Below, piece after piece: positions 55,763-64,000 of a stretch of DNA of 64,000 nt. How positions within the stretch are numbered: the stretch's first letter is position 1; each line of letters opens with the position of its first letter. Source of the DNA: Octopus sinensis (taxonomy: Eukaryota); assembly GCF_006345805.1 (NCBI RefSeq), contig NC_042997.1:142662001-142726000 (forward strand). The letters run 5' to 3'. The translations under genes and the position numbers were made by a program. The notes under the pieces were generated by a model. The model was given only the letters and a program-made list of their open reading frames with translations. It made no database searches and had not been told where the DNA came from.

Positions 55763-55857
55763 ATATACATATATATATAGATATAATACACATATATCTA
55801 TATATATACATTATATATATAGATATATATATATATACAAATATATCTATATATACA

Positions 55858-55891
<34 letters not shown>

Positions 55892-55980
55892 CTATATATA
55901 TATATACATATATATATATATACATACATATAGATATATATACATACATATATATATATATACATATATATTATATAACA

Positions 55981-56014
<34 letters not shown>

Positions 56015-56077
56015 CTATATATATATATATACAATATATATATATATAATATATATTCTATATATACATTATATATA

Positions 56078-56130
<53 letters not shown>

Positions 56131-56245
56131 CATAGCTAATATATATAATACATAATATATATATATACATATATATATATACACATATATATATATATAT
56201 ACAATATATATATACACATATATATATATATATACATATACATAC

Positions 56246-56276
<31 letters not shown>

Positions 56277-56571
56277 CACATATATATATATATATACATA
56301 TATATATTATATATATATATATATAATATAATATATAATACATATATATACATATATACATATATATACATATATATATATATACATATATATATATACA
56401 TATATATATACATATATATATATATATCATATCTATATATATAGATACCATATTATATATATATATATACATATATGTATATATATATAACTATATTGAT
56501 AATATATACATATATATATATATTATACATATATATATATATATAACAATATATATATATATATTACTATA

Positions 56572-56617
<46 letters not shown>

Positions 56618-56666
56618 TACATATATATATATATATATATACATATCATATATATAATATATATAC

Positions 56667-56701
<35 letters not shown>

Positions 56702-56738
56702 ATATAATACATATATATATATATATACATATATATAT

Positions 56739-56770
<32 letters not shown>

Positions 56771-56774
56771 ATAC

Positions 56775-56810
<36 letters not shown>

Positions 56811-56821
56811 TATATACAATA

Positions 56822-56859
<38 letters not shown>

Positions 56860-57003
56860 CATATATATATCTATATATACTATATATTATATACATATAT
56901 ATATATATTATATATATATACATTATATATATATATACATATATATATACATTATATATATATATATAATATATATATATAATATAATTATATATAATAC
57001 ATA

Positions 57004-57037
<34 letters not shown>

Positions 57038-57089
57038 CATACATATATATATATACATATAATATATATATAATATACATATATATATA

Positions 57090-57141
<52 letters not shown>

Positions 57142-57154
57142 TATATATTATACA

Positions 57155-57188
<34 letters not shown>

Positions 57189-57292
57189 ATATTACATATA
57201 TATATATATATATAATATACATATAATATATAGATATATATACGCATATATATATATATATATATACGCATATATATATATATATATACGCA

Positions 57293-57329
<37 letters not shown>

Positions 57330-57338
57330 TATATACAT

Positions 57339-57374
<36 letters not shown>

Positions 57375-57477
57375 ATATATAATATACATATATATATAAT
57401 ATAATATATATATTACAATATATATATAATATATATATATACATAATATATATATATATATATATACATATATATAT

Positions 57478-57530
<53 letters not shown>

Positions 57531-57994
57531 TATATATATATACATATATATATATACATATATATATTATATATCGCATTATATATATATATATCCATAA
57601 TATATATATATATATGGCATATAATATATATATGCATATATATATATATATATGCAATATATATATATATATTCATATTATATATTATATATAATATATA
57701 TATATATGCATATATATATATATATGCATATATATATATATACATATATATATATATGCATATATATAATATATATACATATAATATATATATATGCATA
57801 TATATATATATATATGCATATATATAATATATATCATATATATATATATATGCATATATATATTATACTCATATATATATATATATGCATATATATAATA
57901 TATATATATACATATATATATATATATGCATATATATATATATATAATACATATATATATATATGCTATATATATATATACATATATATATATG

Positions 57995-58025
<31 letters not shown>

Positions 58026-58090
58026 CATAATATATATATATATATCATATATATATATATACATGCATATATATAATATATGCATATATA

Positions 58091-58138
<48 letters not shown>

Positions 58139-58207
58139 GCATATATATATATATTATACATATATATATATATGCAATTATATATATATATACATATATA
58201 TATATAA

Positions 58208-58243
<36 letters not shown>

Positions 58244-58278
58244 TATATATATATAATATACATATATTATATATATAC

Positions 58279-58313
<35 letters not shown>

Positions 58314-58406
58314 CCATATAATATAATATACATATATAATATACATATATATATATCTACATAATATATATATACACCATATATATATTATACACATATA
58401 TATACA

Positions 58407-58452
<46 letters not shown>

Positions 58453-58520
58453 CATATACATATATATATAATATATATACATATTATTATGTACATATAT
58501 ATATATGTACATATATATAT
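55356..58520. repeat. Degenerate (TA)n/(TATACA) array, about 3.2 kb
   Basis: Direct inspection. A subdomain with TATGCA variants spans about 57630-58245. Confidence 0.97.
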
Positions 58521-58689
58521 AAAATGTAGTTTGCTACTTTATTTCGATTTCTGAAATGAATAGGCAAAAGATAATGCATGTGTATGCATACATATACATT
58601 CACATATACACAAGTTCAGTTGAATAGATTACTAAGGTCAGCAGAGTACAATGATAGAGTCAGATTAAAATATTATTCCCTATAATTTT

Positions 58690-58879
58690 CAAAAAATTTA
58701 GGAATTTTTGTCATCATTTCCAACAATTCTTTAAAAAAATTTGGAATTTTTGCCATTATTTCCAAGAGTTCTTTAAAAAACTTTTGAATTTTTGCTATCA
58801 TTTCCAAGAGTTCTTTAAAAATTTTTGGAATTTTTGCCATCATTTGCAATAATTCTTTAAAAAATTTTGGAATTTTTTC
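58690..58879. repeat. 42-bp minisatellite, about 4.5 copies, open on the minus strand (KIPKFFKELLEMMA)
   Basis: Unit aaaattccaaaattttttaaagaa.t.ttggaaatgatggca on the minus strand; no indels between units. Confidence 0.9.
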
Positions 58880-61800
58880 TTGACTCACTATATCATACAA
58901 CTTTATCCTTCATGCTGTATGGTGCCTACCTTTAAGATTCCAGTTGAGGACTAACTTGTCTATTTTATTAATAACCACTGTGTTGCCACGGCTCCTTATT
59001 TCAGACATGTTGAGAGAAAACCCATTCTGAGAAGAAATTTTGCTTATTACAATCTGACGGGTTTGGAGAAAGACGTCCGTGAAAGGTTGGCTTAATTTGT
59101 ACTGGTATTCGCATGTCTCTCTTAACTCTTCTTCTTCAAACAATGGATATTTACTACCCATTAACTTTGTGGACTATTGTTACTCTCTAGTAGGGAGGTG
59201 TGCAGTGTGGTAAAGTCTATTTAGAATATTCCTTTACACCCTTCCAATTTAACAATAAGTTTCTGTTGTTATATAAAAATACTTTTTTTTAACCAAGGGA
59301 TCGTTATTAGACCCCCTTTAAAATCTTATGAAAATCTTGTTATTTTCCTGGCAGAAATATTCTGTGTTATATATTAGGTATACCAGTAATTTTATGTGTA
59401 TTATTGTTCAGGCCATTTATGAAAGTAATAATTTGTAATAAAAATTGTTTTAAAGAAGAATAATTGACCACATTAACATCTAAAATTATTGGAACACATC
59501 AATTTAATGGTCTCCCCTCTTCAGTGATTATCTTGAAAACAGCTCCTCAACTGTAAAAAGATGTTTTACTTGGATTTATAAAAAAAATGTCACAGTAACT
59601 ATATATTACTGTTATTTTCCTTATGTTTTTTTTTTAATCTAAACTTCCATGCAACTTTGTTTAATGTGAAAGTAAAAACTTTTAGCATCTTTTGAGATCT
59701 GTGGTGTACTTTATTGGAAATTATGAATAATAACGAAGTAAATTGTTTTGTAGAATACATAATTATTTAGTGGGTTGTGCTATTATAGCACACAGTTTTT
59801 AAAACTGCTAGACACATGTGAAACACATCCTTTGTCTATTTCTATATATTCTAACAGAATACAGTTTGAGGCAGTCTTGATATAAAAAAAAAGTATCTTC
59901 TTGTAAGCTTATTCTATAACTGAATTAATTGACTAAGTCAAGTTGCTAATGTAAACAGTAATTTCAGATAAATGTAGTTAAATCTGCCTTAAGAGAAACA
60001 CATTACTTTGAGGAGATTCCATTCTCATAATTCTAAAGCAAACAGCATTATCATGCTTTGACCAAATTTGTTGAATCCATGCCACAACTACTCCACACCC
60101 AGGCAATGTTATGTCTTTGTTACTCATTTCTCAATATCATTATGTGCTCAATTAATTTTCTTTTCCAATTATATTATACGCATACACACATACATACATG
60201 TTTAAAGTTTAAAAGACTTCAGATAATGTAATTATAATTTAGTAATATTTTAAAATTACATACTTTAGAAAGACCTGAATTAGAAAATGGTTTCTGTATT
60301 TGAAAAACAAATAGTCCTTTTTTGTACTTTTGTTTCTAAACTATTTAATGCATGCCATTTCATGTGGAATCCCTTTTTATTCTTGATTTATTTGCTTGGC
60401 TGTTTTATTCTTTGTTTTGGCCCTTCTCTTCAGTCTACTGTATTCATAAAACAACTTTTTTTCTAGATTTTTATTTAGAAATTTCCAATAAGTTATCAAT
60501 ATTTTCATAATCTTAAAGTCTTAAGTAAATATAAGGCTACAATGAGAAAAAATTATTGCAGGAGTATTTTCAGTTTAACTATTTTATCATAAATTACTAC
60601 CAAACAGATACATAATAAAATGAATATTCTATACATTCTTCTTCATAAAACTCCAAGGGAAATTCTTTCAATCCTTTATTGGTAGACCATATTGTAAGAA
60701 TAATTTGGCAGTTTTCCCAAAATTTCATTAAAGAAAATAGATTTACATTAGTTATATTTACTGTAATAGTAGAGAGAGCTGAAATATTAAGCAGTGTTGG
60801 TTGCATTTTGATATGAAATTTTGAATAATATCAGTTTTGATTTAGAAGGATTTTCTCTCGAATATGATGATTCAAATATCATTAATTGTAATTAAATATT
60901 CCCATTTGGCTCTTTCAAACCAAATCTTTTTATTTAAATTTCAAGAGAAATATCTCAGAAAGCAATTATATTGAGGAAGAGCCATCTTAGAAAGATATTT
61001 ATACTTTTACATTCTTTTTGATGAGGAAGCTTTCTCTATCAATATTTTAATCTTTTCATATAAATATGGAACAATTATTGGTTTGTGCTGAAGCTCAGGT
61101 AAAGGAAAAATACTATTTACATGCCCAAATGAATAGCTTTAACACAAAGACCTTTTAAGTTGAAGTACTTAAATATAGGCTTCATTGATAAAATCTGTGC
61201 ATGTATGTATGCTTGTATGTGTATGCATATATGTATGCATGTGTGTGTGTGTGCAGGGACATATGTGTATATGAAAGTGAATAAATCTTAAAATTTTTAT
61301 AAGAATGAGGCTTTTGTTAAGAGATGATCATTTAATCTCTGTTTCAAAGGAATTGATGTATAATAGGAGAAATACATTCAATGATATGGATTTTCTGTAT
61401 TGTGAATGTTGAGTAAAATGTCTAGTGGCTAAATTTATTCCTACTCTGTTGCAAGTTGTTTAATATTGGTGTCTTAGACTTGAAGTCACAGATTTCAGAG
61501 GAGAGTGTGGAATGACATTGTATGATGTTCATTTGCTTACACCAAGATTTGAAACCTAATCATAACACTAAGAAATCACCATGTCATAGCTTAATACTAA
61601 ATTTGTATACAGTGACCAGCTAACTAATAAAATGAGAGAGTTTTTTTCTCTTCCTTTCCATATTATTAACTTTTATGATAATGGCAGCAGATGTGCACAT
61701 CAAAATAAATGGTCACTCAATGGATTCAATTAGTTGTCTGTGAAGATGCTGGCCCTACAAAATGGAATTCAATAGAATTTTGGTGACATCTTCAGTTTGT

Positions 61801-64000
61801 GGCAAGAAGATTACTGATTCCATCAATATCAATTATTTAGTTGATTGTTAATTATCCAACCTTACTTGTAGTCAAATAATTTACATTATAATGTAACAAC
61901 AAATTCTAAATTTATTGGGTTTACCAACAAATTACAATAATAAACTGGTAGAAATTTAATTATATTTATTCATTTACTTGTCTATAGTATTCCAATATTA
62001 TAGTAGTAGACTGGCAGAATTGTTAAGAGTTGGTCAAAATACCTAGTGGTATTTATTCTTTCTGACTACATTCCAAGTTCAAATCCTGTCAACACCTCTA
62101 TCTAGAGTTTATAAAATAAACACTAATCAAGTATTGGGAATGTTTTAATCAACTGCTACTTTTGTCTCCCAGTTCAGCTGAGAATCTCAAATGAATCTTC
62201 TTGGGACTGCTTACTCTTTAAGAGCAGATGAATCTGTTAACCTTGCCAGCCACTGTACCCCTGTGAGGAGCAGTGATCTCCAATATTACTAGACAGTGAG
62301 TCTGGTACAAGTTAATAGAAGAAGAATATAAGTGATTTATGTATAACTATTAAAGATTATGTCATAGGAAAATAAGCTTTCTAATTCTGTTAATTACTCA
62401 TTTTACTTAGTACAGCCTTGTAGAAATGTAATTGTTAATAACCAGATGTAGTAATAAATTATTCAATATCAGATTGAATGTAAATTGTGTGTGTGCTTGA
62501 GTCTATTAGACCTTCTCATTCATAATGTTAGCTTTCCTGTTAGAGAAAGCAAAAATATAATCACTCAAACTTAAGTTTAAATTTTCCAAAGAAATATATT
62601 ACAATATTTTAACAAACCAATCAAATCCAGAGTCTGAGGAAAATGGTGACAATTAGTTGATAGGAGAGGTCATAAAAGAATTCAGTAAGTTTACTTGTGA
62701 TGAATGAGGAACCTAATATTTCAAGCATTTGCCCTTCATCTAAAAATCAAAGCCTAAGTCTCCTTTTATAAATATTTAATAAAATGATATATAAAAAAAG
62801 AAAGGAAAGCATTCAGACAGTAGCAGCAAAATGTATCACCTATGTGTAGTACTTTACGAGTTAGTAATCATGTAAGAGAAACAACCGAGGCTCTGTGAAA
62901 TATTCAAGACATGTTTGGTAAAATATTGTGCGTGTGAGAAATGTCAGGTTTAGGGATGTTAACTGTAGTTGACAAACAGCATGTTATTGATGACCTATGA
63001 AATTTGATTATTGTCAGTGGCACTTAAGGAGGAATTTTCTATGACTGTTAAATTGTTCTAAAATGTCAATGCATGTTCTAAAGGCAGCCATAATATGGTA
63101 AAGAGCCAAATGTAACAATTAATGCCACTTGAATTGTCAGATGTATAATGTAAGAGAGCTTCTCAGATCTCTGCGAGTTCCAAAGTATCTTTTGACAGTT
63201 TAATAATAAAGAGTGGGTACTCTATTAAGATATTAGATTAAACACAGATCCTTTGAATGCAGCTTTTTGAAAAGAACTAGCATACACTAGAATGGAAAGC
63301 AAATCTTCATCCTGATTAAGTTTTGTGCTTAGTTGAGTAAAGCTAGTATAAAATATCATAACCCAATTATAAAGCTGGTATAAATGAACTATATGCTAAA
63401 ATTCTTTGGTTCTCCAGAAAACAATTGCTCCATTGATGAAGGTATTTGCTTAGGCAAAAAAACTTGTACATATTCCTTACTTTTGCTGTTTTCATGATAC
63501 TATCTATGTAAAGGGTTTCAAAACAATCTTAAATTATCAGAATTACTTTTACAGCAGATGACATATCAAAATATAATACAATTTCTTATACGTCTTGACA
63601 CAAAATCAGTTGAATTTTATTAACTGTATTAATGCGTTTGTTATTTTGCCTTTTTAAATCTTAAGTTGAAATGTCATTACTTATAAAATGTTTTCAAAAC
63701 ATAGAATTAGTAAATATTCCTTCAAACTTGCTTTGTTTAGTGACTTGAACTTAATTTCAACTGAAATAGTTTAGGAAATATTTTGGCACCTATTGCATGT
63801 TGATTTATTGCAGTATTGTAAATAATAGCACAATGACTGATCAGTAGTCAGTATCTGTGTGTGTGTGTCTGTGTGTATGAGTGTGTGTCTGTGTGTATGA
63901 GTGTGTGTGTGTATGGTCTACCAGCTTAATGTCATCAGTTGACATTTATTCTCTCCCTCTTCTGACAAAGTTTCCTACTCAAAACATTAGCCTTTCCTCC

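Overview
AT-rich, repeat-dense eukaryotic (animal) genomic DNA, most likely an octopus/coleoid cephalopod. That assignment is inferred from the SINE, RTE-tail and microsatellite landscape, not proven. The + strand carries eight phase-consistent coding exons (18132-36519) of an SLC4 anion exchanger (AE2/SLC4A1-3-like). They cover the N-terminal cytoplasmic region, including a His-rich tract. No further exon was recognised in the remaining ~27 kb. The introns and flanks hold tRNA-derived SINEs, RTE/CR1/HERO LINE fragments, two Penelope-like elements (PLEs), hAT/mariner/piggyBac/pogo-type DNA transposon remnants, a 5S rRNA pseudogene and multi-kb (TA)n arrays. Four things stand out: (1) several hammerhead-ribozyme motifs in PLE termini, one apparently intact at 51715-51806 (-); (2) the hammerhead core strands in a non-canonical order in the 3' UTR of a HERO-like retrotransposon (34809-34920); (3) a ~1.4 kb-arm inverted repeat between giant TA arrays; (4) an antisense reading frame with a 14-aa amphipathic repeat broken by one in-frame TGA (58673-59161). 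Repeat boundaries were read by eye and are approximate unless a TSD or TIR is quoted. Most ORFs in the supplied track are spurious.
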